Of a stretch of 64,000 nucleotides of DNA, positions 27,810 to 41,915 are shown one piece after another. The stretch lies in the NCBI GenBank assembly GCA_964016885.1, contig OZ024742.1, positions 175,336,001-175,400,000 on the forward strand. Direction: 5' to 3'. Numbering within the stretch: the first letter of the stretch is position 1; each line of letters begins with the position of its first letter. The position numbers and the translations under genes are program-made. Origin of the DNA: Eledone cirrhosa (lineage: Eukaryota). The notes below the pieces were generated by a model. That model was given only the letters and a program-made list of their open reading frames with translations, was not told the DNA's origin and did no database searches.

Positions 27810-28134
27810 GACGAACCCACAACATACACACGTCAACATACATACCTACATCAGCACACATCTCTACCCACATATAAACACAATGACATACGTAAACACA
27901 CATGCTCTATGGTGCAACACAAACAAATATATGTGCATATATATGTGTATATATATGTATATATGTATATATATATATGTATATAGTGAATATATGTATG
28001 TGTGTATATATATATAGTGAATATCATTTCACACCTTTTCTTGTTAAGATTTGTGATGTTCTATTAAGAGTACCGATTTTACTGAAAAAATCGAATAATG
28101 TACACCATTTTACCAGGGGGAAAAAAATACTGGT

Positions 28135-28205
<71 letters not shown>

Positions 28206-28489
28206 TATATATACACACACACATACACACGCGTACATCAACATACAAAGAGACTTATATATACACACACACACACACACACGCACTTCTCCGTATAAGA
28301 CAAAAGCAGAAAAATATCTTTTGACATGCTAAAATACCCCCCATTGCTTTCAGACACATTCTTACTGACCATCCCTGCCACCACGAATTACTCTGCTATA
28401 CACACACACACACACACACACTTATCTCAATAGCCATTTGACACACATAGCTGCTAACCAATATCACAACATCGAACACCTTACTACTA

Positions 28490-28564
<75 letters not shown>

Positions 28565-30267
28565 ACACACATATTTGTTGTGAAAGAGTCATTTCTCAAT
28601 CTTGGCGCAAAACCAAATTTTTATTCACATGACCTCTACCGACCAATCAAAATTGTTTTGACCACAAGAATTGTTGCTGGGGCCACTTTTTTAACATAAA
28701 AACAGTCTTGGCGCAAAATCAATTTTTTACACTCACATGACCTCTACCGACCAATCAAAATTGTTTTGACCACAAGAAATTTTGCAACACCAAAGTAACG
28801 CTGGAGCCACTTTTTTAACATAAAAACAGGTAGAATTCCCAAAACTAATCAGATCAGAGCAAACAGCACGGACACTCTATCTCAAAATTATTTTTGAAAA
28901 GCATTTAGAAATGCGCAACCGGTAAAAACTTAAAAACTTAAAACCACAACTGAATACTAACCCATACAATCACTAATACTCTTTTATTCCTAATTAAACC
29001 ATTTTTCAACTGTGAACAATTTGTCAGCATTTTCTATTCCGTTTACCAATATATATATATATATATATACACACACACGCATATACATATCATATATACA
29101 TATCATATATACATATCATATATACATATCACATATACATATCATATATTATCATCGATTGATGTTTGTTTTGCTCACTAGCATGCACACACCCATACAT
29201 ATACATACCATATATATGTAATGTTTAACATTGAAAATATAAGAAAAACATACATTTATGCTTATATAGACACATTCGGATATGAATAAATATATAAATA
29301 TCTGTTGGTATAATGTCTTATATTGAACTTGAATCATCTCTACACCTCATGAGAAAAATATAAATATGGAGAATATCTCTGCTTGTCCTTTATTTAATAC
29401 ATCTTTTCCTGACATCCCCCTTTTAATAGACTCCCTGTCTATTATTCGAAACCTTTTCTTTATTAACTCTTAACACCATTTAGTGATTTAGCAGAAGATA
29501 TCTAAAAATGGTTGTTTATTATGTTTGTTGTATCTTTACTAATAAACAGATTGTTGTGGAACTTTTCAGTATTGAATAAACACGTTAGTTGTTTTTTTTT
29601 TATACAGTCTTATTGCTGTTTTATAATTTTCAAGAATGTCTTTTTAATGTGATTTGTTAATTCAAATGTTTATAGTAACTTTAATGGTGGATAGATCATT
29701 GTGAAAAGTTGCATAAACTAATATAAAGACTTTAATTTTTTATATAATGCAATCAAAGTGCTGCTTCATACATTTCAAGAATGACTTGCAAGTGAGGTAT
29801 TATGTGGTGAGGTATTATGTGCAGTCTTACAGGACATTAAAAATTGAAATAAAAACTGTTGATTTATAAAAGGTTTGATGTAAATGCATGTAGGTATATA
29901 TGAATGAATTACACACAGAACTAAATAAATGTTATAAATACATGAAAAGTAAAAGAGCATGGAAATAATCAACAGATTTTAATGTTTATTTTTCATACTT
30001 GCACAGGTTACACAGGCTATTACATTATGAGGCTTGACAGGTCAGGGACGCCCATTTTGCTCATATGATTCAGGTTTTTATCTTGGTTGAATGTTCTTCC
30101 CAAGAGCAGCCACATTAGAGCATGTACTGGGAATTGTTTCTATGGTAGCAGCGCTGCCACCTTACAAGAAGGGCTGGGTGTATTCTTTTGGGGGGCTCTA
30201 GAATATATATATAATTTTTTGCCGATTTCAGTCCTTTGATTATGGTAATGCTATATATATATATATA

Positions 30268-30757
30268 GGTAAAAGGAAAAGAAAATGCTGACAAATTGTT
30301 CCCAGTGAAAAATAGTTTAATTAGGAATAAATAAAAATTAGTAATATATTGGTTAGTATTCAGTTTTGGTTTTAAGTTTTACCAGTTGCGCATTTCTAAT
30401 GCTTTTCAAAAATAATTTTGAGATAGAGCGCCCGTGATGTTTGCTCTAATCTGATAAGTTTTGGAAATTCTACCTGTTTTATGTAAAAAAAAAGTGGCTC
30501 CAGATGTATGAAAAAATTCTTGTGGTCAAAACAATTTTGATTGGTCGGTAGAGGTCATGTGAATGTTAAAAATTGATTTTGCGCCAAATATAGGTTTGTC
30601 TCAGCTGATTGAGAAGTCACTGAAAAATAAGTCTTTAAAGACAAATATGTGTGTGTGTGTAGTAGTAGTAGTAGTAAAGAGGTTCGTTGTTGTCATAATG
30701 GTCAGCAGGGATGTGTGTGCGAACCGCAGCCTGTTGACAGTTCAAATGCCTATTAAG

Positions 30758-30809
<52 letters not shown>

Positions 30810-33196
30810 CAGAGTAATTCGTTGTAGAGGGATGGTCAGTAGGAATGTGTCTGTACGTGTGTGGGTGATATTTTAACATGTTAAAATATATTTTTCAGCT
30901 CTTGTCTTATACGGAGAAGTGTGTGTGTGTGTCTGTATATGTCTCTTTGTATGTTAATGTACGCGTGTGTATGTGTGTATATATATATGTGTGTGTGTGT
31001 ATATATGTGTGTGTGTGTGTGTGTGTGTGAGAATGTGTGTGGGTGGACCAGTATTGTTGTGATAATGGTAAAAATGGTGTACATTATTCGATATTTTCAG
31101 TAAAAACGATTCTCTCAATAGAACATCAAAAACCTTAATAATAAAAGGTGTGAAATGATATATAGTATTGGCATAATACCAAGGTGTGTGTGAGTGTCCA
31201 GATTGTACGTACTGCAAGGGGAATCCATTAGGCCTTGCCGTATTGGAATACATGTGTACAAATATGTATGTGCCCATCAGTGTGCAATGCATGTGTGCGT
31301 ATATGTATGTATGTGTGTTGGCACGTTTATATCTATAGACATCAAAAGGTATGCACATTTGTGTGTATTTGTGTTGCACCATAGAACATGTGTGTTTACG
31401 TATGTCATTGTGTTTATATGTGGATAGAGATATATTCTGATGTAGGTATGTATGTTGCACTAAAGTACTAAACATATTTGGAAGCACTCTCCACTTACAC
31501 ATAGAAAGGAACTGGAAGCGATATCTACATGACTGCTTCATCCTTTGGCACGAAAACAACGAAAAACTTAAAGAATTTCACACCCTTATAAATGGGCTCA
31601 ACACGATTATTAACTTCACGATGGAATACAGCCATCAACAACTCCCCTTCCTCGACATCCTCATTTAGATCCATAACAAAACAATAGAAACAGACATATA
31701 CTACAAGCCCACAGACTCCAAGCAATATCTTCCTTTCAACTGGTGCCACCCTAGACACGTTAAAATTAATATTCCCTACAACTTAGCCAAGAGAATCTGT
31801 ACTATAGTCTCCAATAAAAACACCTGCTACTTACGGCTACAAGAACTAAAGGACACACTCATAGGCAGGGACTACCCTGTATCACTAATTGACAATGGAA
31901 TCCAACGTGCCCTAAAACTCAGTACCCAGGACCTTAGACACCCTAAAGTAAATCAACCGAAACTAAAAGCTCTTCCATACATCTCCACACACAACCCCCT
32001 CAACAATGAGACCTTTGACACCATCCTCCAGAACATCCCTGTGTTGAAAAAGGACCATAGAATGAACCAAATCCTACGAACACACGATATCATAACGAGC
32101 AAAAGACAATGAAAAACATCCTAACACATGCCAAAGTACTGCCAACCACAAGAAAGAAACCCACAGTAAAAAAATGCGATAGACCCAACTGTGGCATATG
32201 CATCAATCTAATAGAGGGTTCGGGATTCTATTTCAAAGAAGGACAACGTTTTATAGTAAAACACAATTTCACATGCGCATCAGAAAATATATGTATTAAC
32301 TTGCTCAGGTTAATACAGAATAATACAGACAAAAAACAGCCTCCGCCAACGCATGACTGTCCATAGATCCAAAATTAAAATACGGAAATACAGGAAAATA
32401 CCACAGAGTGAACACATTGATACCTGTGCCGCCCAAAATCATCCCAACTTCAGAATCTTTCCCCTCTACAAATTTAAAGATAATGCCACCCACACCCAGC
32501 GCATCAGCAAGGAATCTCACTTTATTAACAAATACGGACCCCGTCTAAACACTTCTCCCTAAGACGAACCAACAACATACACACGTCAACATACATACCT
32601 ACATCAGCATACATCTCTATCCACATATAAACACAATGACATATGTAAACAGATATGTTCTATGGTGGAACACGAACATACACAAATTTGCATACCTTTT
32701 GATGTCTATAGATATAAACGTGCCGACACACACACATACATATACCCACACATGCATTGCACACTGATGGGCACATACATAATTGTACACAAGTATTCCA
32801 ATACGGCAAGGCCTAATGGATTCCCCTTGCAGTACGTACAATCTGGACACTCACACACACCTTGGTATTATGCCAATACTATATATCATTTCACACCTTT
32901 TATTATTAAAGTTTTTGATGTTCTATTGAGAGAATCGTTTTTACTGAAAATATCGAATAATGTACACCATTTTTACCAGTATCACAAATATGCTGGTCCA
33001 CCCACACACACACATTGTCTCACACACACATACACACGCATACATTAACATACAAAGAGACATATACACACACACACACACACACACTTCTCTGTATAAG
33101 ACAAGAGCTGAAAAATATCTTTTAACATGTTAAAATATCCCCCACACACTTACAGACACATTCCTACTGACCATCCGTCTACCACGAATTACTCTG

Positions 33197-33267
<71 letters not shown>

Positions 33268-33759
33268 TCTTAATAGGCATTTGAACTGTCAACAGGCTGC
33301 GGTTCGCATACACATCCCTGCTGACTATTATGACAACAACGAACCTCTTTACTACTACTACTACACACACACACACATATTTGTCTTGAAAGACTTATTT
33401 TTCAGTGACTTCTCAATCAGCCGAGACAAACCTATATTTGGCGCAAAATCAATTTTTAACATTCACATGACCTCTACCGACCAATCAAAATTGTTTTGAC
33501 CACAAGAATTTTTTCATACATCTGGAGCCACTTTTTTTTTTACATAAAACAGGTATAATTTCCAAAACTAATCAGATTAGAGCAATCATCACGGGCGTTC
33601 TATCTCAAAATTATTTTTGAAAAGCATTAGAAATGCGCAACCGGTAAAACTTAAAACCAAAACATAATACTAAACAATACTATTACTAATTTTTTCTTAT
33701 TCCTAATTAAACTATTTTTCACTGGGAACAATTTGTCAGCATTTTCTTTTCCTTTTACC
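30268..33759 (+). mobile_element. Second, 5'-truncated copy of the same PLE (31458-33759) preceded by an inverted copy of its 3' region (30268-31457)
   Basis: 31458 CACTAAAGT corresponds to 26685 of copy 1. 30268-31457 is an imperfect reverse complement of 32587-33759. The RT and EN parts are decayed (RYLHDCF, stops). Confidence 0.93.
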
Positions 33760-33842
33760 AATATATCATAACTCGTGTGTTACACCTCTATTCTGTTAAA
33801 TATATATATATATATTATATATATAGTATATATATAATATAT

Positions 33843-34030
33843 GGAGGAACATGGCCTTGCAATCGAAAGGTTGTGAGTTCAATTCTCAGACCGCGTGATG
33901 TGTTGTTTCCTTGAATAAGACACTTTATTTCACATTACTCCAGTTCACTCAGCTGTAGAAATGAGATGATAGGAATGGGTTCCCTATCATTCCACTGCAA
34001 AGTGATCGTGGAGGGGCCACGGAATAAAAG
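33843..34030 (+). mobile_element. tRNA-headed SINE family B
   Basis: GGAGGAACATGGC..GTGAGTTCAATTC..CCTTGAATAAGACACTT..CTCAGCTGTAGAAATGAG; homologous to the copies at 43680-43908 and 59130-59308. Confidence 0.8.
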
Positions 34031-34885
34031 CATATATATATAATATATATATATATATATAATATATATCTAAAGTCTAAAGTCTGTCTTAAGCCAGAAG
34101 GCTCATTTGGCCGGTGCTTATCCCGGTTTCATGGCATGAAGCGACTGAGTTTACAAGACTCCCCCCTGGAAAGGACATGTAAACAAACAGAGATGGTAAT
34201 GCAACGCGTCTATGTCTTTCGTCTGTGATTTGATCGAACTTAAGTTCACTGATATCACGGATTTGTTTCTCCTCTTCCTCTCTTTCCGTTGCATTACCAC
34301 CTCTGCTTGTTTACATGTCTCGCTCGCTTCACCCTATTCTACGTGTCCCAATAACTGTTTTTAGTTATTGCTCGCACCAACCAGAAGTATATGATCTTTA
34401 ATGCGAAGAAATACCAACGACAGCTGGAAGATCACTGATGACGGACGCCTTATCTTCTGTTCGAATTTTATTCATGTCAGTTAACTCTTCTTCACACTTC
34501 CACTCATTCACTCACTGTTTCTCCCCTTCTCACTTCACCCCGTTCGCGAGGAATACATTTTCCTTCTTTCTTACATTTGGATTCATCTCGAAAGGTCTTT
34601 TTTCTAAGCGCTCATATATTCACCTAGCTTATGCTAACAGAATAACTATGTAGCTTGTTCCCTTCCTCTCTACGGTTAGCTTTCCTCTTTGTTGTTTACT
34701 TGTCTCACTCGCTTTACGTGTTTTAATTGTCCTAATAACTTAATTTAGTTATTATTGCACCGACGTGAGGTATATGATTTTTAATGTAATGAAATATCTA
34801 TGATCGTCGGCAAATCACTGATGAGGGACTCATTTTATAACATGTTGTCCATGTGCAACCTGCAGTATTCTTCTCCCCATTTTTT

Positions 34886-34970
<85 letters not shown>

Positions 34971-35302
34971 TTATATATAGTTATATGTATGTGTTTACGT
35001 ATATATTTGTATGTATGCGGTTGTATATATGGGGGTTTTTGTGTGTATGGATTTACGTATGTTTTTTTTGTATGCGTGTGTTGATTTCTTTTTACGTGCG
35101 TGTGCGTGCACGCATTAGTATACGTATGTACGTAGGTTATGAACCAATACTCTTATTGTAGGGTTTTTTATGTATGTATGTATGTGGATGTTTTTTATGT
35201 ATGTATGTATGTGGTTGTATGCATGTTTATATATACGTGTGTATGTGTATATGTAATTTTGCATGTGTATGTGGATGTGTACGTACGTTTATTTTATATT
35301 TT

Positions 35303-35368
<66 letters not shown>

Positions 35369-35616
35369 CATATGTGTAAGTGTTTTTGTACGAGTATTAA
35401 TTGCATGTTTATGTGTGTGCGTGTGTATATATGTATGTGTATATATATATATTTATGTATATGCACAACTTGTGTATTTCGTTTCATTTTTTCCGTTTAT
35501 CGTTTTCGGTTCCCGGCCGATTAACTCACTCGATATGCAAATTGGGCTACTCAGCTGTAAATATGCATAAGGAAAGTATATATTTTCAGACGTTCAATCA
35601 TCTGGCAGGGAGGTAT

Positions 35617-35659
35617 ACGTTGCTGACGATAGCTAATAAGCTTGAAACTAGTACAGCGT
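35617..35659 (+). ncRNA. Minimal type I hammerhead ribozyme motif
   Basis: ACGTTG / CTGACGA / TAGCT-AATA-AGCTT / GAA / ACTAGT / A / CAGCGT. Confidence 0.75.
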
Positions 35660-36033
35660 TCCTTTGTCAGTGTTGAACAAATGAACAACGATAGTTGCTA
35701 GACACTGTACGGCTTAATTCGGGATGTTTGTTTACAAACACACCGAGCATTATAATAATCCATACGTACATATATATATATATATGTAAGTATGCATGTA
35801 CACGTACATACATATATGTATACAGACGTACAGTAGCATGCACATATATATATATATATATACATATATACATACATATGCATACAGGTACACATACATA
35901 TATGCACGTATCAGTTTAGCGGCGCTTATTATAACGTCCCTTTGTTCGTTTGTAAACAAACTGAACAGCCTGAATTTATGCCATACGGTGTTAAGGCAAC
36001 CACGTCACCTTTTTGTTCAACACTGACACAGGA

Positions 36034-36076
36034 ACGATGTACTAGTTTCAAGCTTGTTAGCTATCATCAGCACCGT
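36034..36076 (-). ncRNA. Minimal type I hammerhead ribozyme motif
   Basis: Reverse complement reads ACGGTG / CTGATGA / TAGCT-AACA-AGCTT / GAA / ACTAGT / A / CATCGT. Confidence 0.75.
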
Positions 36077-36799
36077 TTACCCATCTGCCAGATAGTTGAA
36101 CGTTCGAAAGTATATACTTTCCTTATGAAAATTAACGGCTGAGCAGCCTAATTTGCATATTGAGTGAGTTAAATCGGTCAGGCATACCGAAAACGATAAA
36201 TTGAAACAAAATGAAAACGAAATTTCATTTCTCACTCTTAGTATGGCACTTACTTAAATGTAAGTATGCATGTACACGTACATACATATATGTATACAGA
36301 CGTACAGTAGCATGCACATATATATATATATATACATATATACATACATATGCATACAGGTACACATACATATATGCACGTATCAGTTTAGCGGCGCTTA
36401 TTATAACGTAACTTTTATTGTAAAAAAAAAAAAAAAATTCACTTGTCAGAAAATTTACTTTCACTTTCACGAACGTTAATCTTAACGTATGCCATATATA
36501 TATATATATATATAATATATAATATATATATAATATATATGACATATATATATATAACATATAATATATATGTATATATTGAAAGGATCACAAGGACGGT
36601 TAGTTAGTCCTTCATTACATTTATTGATAGGTGACGCGCTTTTCGCCACTGATCAGCTCAAGGTTCGATCAATCGTCCTTGTTATCGTTTCAATATATTA
36701 CACTCTATATATCTCTACACCTCATCACTGAGGTGAACCTAAACATCGAGTGCTCTCCCGGGTGAACCTGCAGTAACTCCAGGTTACACCCAGTGGATA

Positions 36800-36852
<53 letters not shown>

Positions 36853-36930
36853 TAACATATATATAATATATATTATATATATATATAATATATATAACAT
36901 ATATTCAAGCGTGGAACATGGACGTTAAAA

Positions 36931-36963
<33 letters not shown>

Positions 36964-36970
36964 ATATATA

Positions 36971-37018
<48 letters not shown>

Positions 37019-37238
37019 TAATAATAATAATATATATAAATTAAAGGTACAGAAAACATAGCGAAAAGCCAACAGTATTCCATAATATATAAGTGACTAT
37101 AGCGTCAAAATGGGAAAATAGTTATGTAATATATATATATATAGTATATATATAATATATATATATGATATAATTGAAGTATTTCTGTCAGAAATTACAT
37201 AACTAAATATATATATATATAATATATAAATATATATA

Positions 37239-37325
<87 letters not shown>

Positions 37326-37384
37326 TATATGATATATATATATGCATATATGATATATATATATATCATATATGCATATATATC

Positions 37385-40110
37385 ACCATTTATGCTTTTT
37401 GTACGTTCACGAATATTACTATTACACATCCAACGGAGCATGCAAGCTTCGTTTCTCTCCAGTTTCCGTAGATCCTCTGCGCACAAGGCCCATGCCTCAC
37501 TGCCATGTAACATCGCTGTTCGAATTCAGGCATCATACAGCCTGCCTTTTATTTTTAGAGAGAACCCTTTAGCGGCCAATAGTGGTATAAGCTCTCTGAA
37601 CTTTTTCCATCCCATTCTGACTCTAGCTACAGTACTTTCAGAGCACCCTCCACCACTGCTGATTTTGTCACCCAGGTAGCAGAGGTGTCCACTATTTCTA
37701 TAGAACCATGTGGGCAATGGAATGAGCTAGTATTCTGTGGGCATTTGCTGCTATTTATTGCACCATAGCACCGGCCACATATAAAATCTATATTCTTAGT
37801 TAGCTTACCTGTGATCCCACTACATCTTTTATGCACCCATACTTTGCATTTGGGACTAAAATGGAGTTTCTGCCTTCTCCTTTCCTACACACTGAGCATG
37901 GCCATTTCCCAGATGAGACCAGTGCCTTATTTTCCTTCCTGCATATTAGGACTTCAGTCTTAGACAAGTTAACATTAAGGCCTTTTGATTCTAAGCCATG
38001 CCTCCATGTTTGGAATTTCTTCTCTAGTTCAGCTTTGATTCGGCTATGAGCGCTAGATCATCTGCGTATAGAAGTTCCTATGGGAAACCGGTATTGAACT
38101 CCTCCGTTATAGCTTGGACTGCGATAATAAATAGGAGGGGGCTCAGGAAGGAGCCCTGATGAACACCAACTTTTACGCTAAACTCTTCACTATATTCGTT
38201 GTTAATTCTAACCTTGCTGACTGTTTCTTTATACATGGTTTGTATAGCTCTCACTAGCCATTCATCTACACCTAGTTTTCAAAGAGCCCACCAGATAATG
38301 GAGCGGGCACTCTGTCAAAGGCTTTCTCCCGGTCTACAAAAATAAGTAGAGGGGTTTACTTTTAGCTAGGTACTTCTCCTGTCGTTGTCGTACAATGAAG
38401 AGAGCGTCTGTGGTACTTTTACCTGACACAAACCCGAACTGCATTTCATCTAGATTAATTCGCTCTCTGATTAGTTGCGCTATTACTTTTTCTGTGACCT
38501 TCATGACCTGGTCAATTAATTTAATGCCTCTATAGTTTCCTCTATCTGGGGCGTCTCCTTTACCCGTGTAACAGTTAATGATGATGCTGCTACGCCAGTC
38601 CTTTTGTATGACCCCATTCTGTATAACTTGGTTTACTATCCGGGTGACCATAGTGTGTACCACCGTTCCAGATGCTTTCAGCATTTCAGCAACTATTTCC
38701 GAAGGCCCAGTCGCCTTGCCCGTCGTCATATCTTTGATTGCCTTACTTATTATACTACCTTCAACTTGCACTGCTGGTCCCTCTATTGGATAGATGTGGG
38801 GCAGGCTGTCTTCTTCCATTTATTCTCCTCATTTAGTAACCTTTCGTAGTGACACTTCCAAGCTACCTTCTTATCAGCGTCAGTGATAGCAAGTACACCA
38901 TCATCATTACGGACACACTTCTCCCCGACAATATCACGGTTCTCCTTGACACATTGTCTAGCAATCCTGAACACCTCACGTTTTTGGTCCTCGCGTTGTA
39001 GAACATGCTTGAACTGTCTTTCCTCTGCTTCCCTTCTTGCAAAGTACACTTGTCTCCTAGCTTCCTTCCTGGCTACTTCATAGTCTTCTCTACTTCCCCC
39101 ATCCCGCCATACTTTCCAAGACTGCTTTTTGCCCTTGATCGACTCCTCCACCTTACTGTTCCACCACCAAGTTACTCTCCTCCTGCCTATAGGTCTGCTC
39201 CAGCCACAGATTTCATCTGTCGCCTTCAGCAGGTTAGGTTTCAGGAATTCCTACTGTTCCTCTATATCGTACGACTTTAACTGCTCTTCCTTAAGGTCAA
39301 AAGGATCAAGTAATATGCTTTTAAATTTATTACTGGCTGTGGGGTCCTTTAACTTCCCTATTTTTCTCCTAAGGATAGTCCTCCTCTGTTGTCGAATACG
39401 TCTTGTCCTGACTATGAAGTCGCTAACTATGAGGCTATGTTGGGGTGTGCATTCTTCATCGGGGAGGGATTTAGTGTTTACAACAGACACTCTGTCTCGT
39501 CTTCTGGTAAGGATATAATCTATCTGACTGGCGTGTTCCCCTGATCTATAGGTGATCAAGTGATAGTCTCGTTTTTTGAAGTTTGTGTTACATATAGTTA
39601 GATTATTTGCGTCACAGAATTCCAGGATTCTGGAGCCTTCCTCATTTCTAGTACCAAACCCATAGCCTCCATGGGTTCCGTCATAGCCGTCACAGTGTTG
39701 TGCAAAGTGACCATTTAGATCGCCAGCAATAATTATATAGTCACTGTCGGTTATTTGGGAGGTAATGAGCATTAACGACTCATAGAATCTGTCTTTTATA
39801 ATGCCAGGCAGTCCTGGTTGGGGTGCATACGCAGATATTATTGTCACAGTAGTTCTATTGAGGACAAGTCTTATTTTAATTATTCTGTCGTTCACTCTAT
39901 TTACGTCTATTATCTTATCTACCCATTTTTCTGCTAGCATGATTCCTACTCCACCCAGCCCATTGTCATTTCCCACCCACAAAAGCTTATCGCGTCGTTT
40001 TTTACCCACAATGAATCTAGCAGACCCACCCCTCCACCTGGTCTCTTGAATACAGCAAACATCAACCTCCTTACGTTCAAGCATCTCTACAACCTCATTA
40101 GAGCGACCTA
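37385..40110 (-). mobile_element. RTE-clade LINE (APE endonuclease, RT, PHD finger), disabled, bounded by (TA)n at both ends
   Basis: DVCCIQETRW, SAYAPQ, AGDLNGH, QIDYIL (APE); GNYRGIKL, QFGFVSGKSTTDALF, GVHQGSFLSPLLF, LYADDL (RT); several frameshifts and stops. Confidence 0.95.
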
Positions 40111-40186
<76 letters not shown>

Positions 40187-40621
40187 GGAAATCAGTAAAA
40201 TCGAATCTCTGGCGGTTTGCAAGTAAATTCGGCCTACTTATATGAAGTGATGAGTTAGCAAAGCACTCGATAAGATAGGTCTCAGAGTTATAACATACGT
40301 TTAAATAGCTTGACAAATCGAACATTGTGGTAGGCTAAACTAAAACACAATATATACCAAAGTAACGATAAAACTAATCAGGTTGAGAAAAGTACACCTG
40401 GACAAATCAAACGGGCGTTTGAAGTGTTTCTCTGACTCCTAAATCAAATATCAGACTTACTTGAATGGCAAGGTCGTGGTATTGGTGACTGAACAGAGGA
40501 CTCAGTTTATCAACAGGTTTTCGTTCTGCTTAGAATCAGGAGTGATAAAATATGTTGCCGCTCTTATGGCTGCTAATCGAATCTATAGTTATCACGTGTT
40601 AATTCCGGCAAGGGAAATAAC

Positions 40622-40806
40622 TGTTTCTACTTTTGGCACAAGTCCAGCAATTATCCCAGTGCATTACTGGTACTTTATTTTATCGACCCCGTAAGGATGA
40701 AGGGCAAAGTTAACCTCGGCGGAATTTGAACTCAGAATGGCAAGGGCCGTAACTCTATGCGTCAAAGCATGGCGTCTGACTCTCTACCGATACTGCCAAT
40801 CCACCA
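40622..40806 (-). mobile_element. SINE family A with target-site duplication
   Basis: Flanked by TTCCGGCAAGGGAAATAAC at 40603-40621 and 40808-40826. Confidence 0.9.
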
Positions 40807-41036
40807 TTTCCGGCAAGGGAAATAACGCCTGGTTTTTGGTGGGTCAATTCAAATGCTAGCGAATGGAAATATTTTAATTTCCGCTAATCATCATGATAAG
40901 CTCTCGACTAGATGTTATAAAACTAACACAAATAATTAACCAATCAACAGAATTTTCCAATTAAATTAATTGGTTAATTATTAAATCTAGGAGATCGTTT
41001 TCGTTCCGCAGGTTTTCGTTCTGCTTAGAATCAGGA

Positions 41037-41119
<83 letters not shown>

Positions 41120-41299
41120 TATATATATATATGTATATATATCATATATATATATATGTATATATATCATATATGCATATATGTATATATATCATATATG
41201 CATATATATATATACATTTCATATATATATAATTTTTAATTGAGAGACAATGTGAGGGGGGTAACTTATGATTATCTAAGTTAGCTATAACTTATTAGC

Positions 41300-41915
41300 T
41301 ATAAGTAAACATGGGACTAGATGACTATGTTGGGTCAAATATTCTGTAGGCGAAGGAATTAGCTCTCCGATGTTGACAGCTAATAGTTACCTCCGTTCTA
41401 TCGTTAATCGGTAGAGGTCGTGATAGAGTTATGTAATATGCTTCGGTAAGACCGAGGTGACAAGACGTTCTTCGTCCATTGAACGGTTGGGCCCTAGCCA
41501 AGAAATCTCATGTTAGTGAGTGTTCAATGTTGGTTAATTTAAGGTTTTTAATGAGCCTAGCTAGAGATGTCGAACATCTGTTGTTAGGGTCTCAGAAGGA
41601 AAAAGACTGCGCGTTATAGCGTACCTTAAATGGGTTAGAGGTATATAGGCAATATAGGAGCTGGTATGCGAAGCTGTTTTAACTATGCACCTATAAACTC
41701 TATTGGGTGTCATGCATTGTCTATTTAGTGGGCATGCATTAGGGTAACGGCAGTTGCAGTTACTTCTGCGATTAGTGAGAGTAGGGTTGTTGAAACTATG
41801 CGGTTGGTGCGTGCTAGAAGGATTAGATAAGGGAGGTGTGCTACTAGAGTAGGTATTGGTGTAGTGGCATGGTGTCTTTGATGGGGGTGGTGGTACCACG
41901 GTGTGGGAGTTATAC
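41300..41915 (-). mobile_element. Decayed GIY-YIG fragment of a different PLE family
   Basis: SNCNCRYPNACPLNRQCMTPNRVYRCIVKTASHTSSYI matches the CNCR..CPL..C linker and VY..YI(G) pattern of PLE endonucleases. Confidence 0.7.

Larger units (their letters stand above)
24219..29050 (+). mobile_element. Penelope-like retroelement (Neptune/Naiad-type architecture), near full length, disabled
   Basis: ORF1, RT-GIY-YIG ORF and a ~1.2-kb CA-rich 3' region ending TTTACCAAT(AT)n. The 3' region is shared with copies at 30268-31457 and 32563-33759. Confidence 0.93.
35476..36409. mobile_element. Two diverged, tail-to-tail non-coding PLE-terminal relics, with a 150-bp direct duplication
   Basis: 35476-35758 is similar to the reverse complement of 35928-36222. 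35785-35937 is repeated at 36259-36409. Each arm contains an HHR motif. Confidence 0.75.

Noticed and set aside
30445-30640. Antisense hammerheads in the PLE 3' region (CTGATAAG..GAAA; CTGATTGA..GAAA)
   Set aside because: The first core is not conserved in the other two copies, the second has the wrong spacing, and stems do not form.
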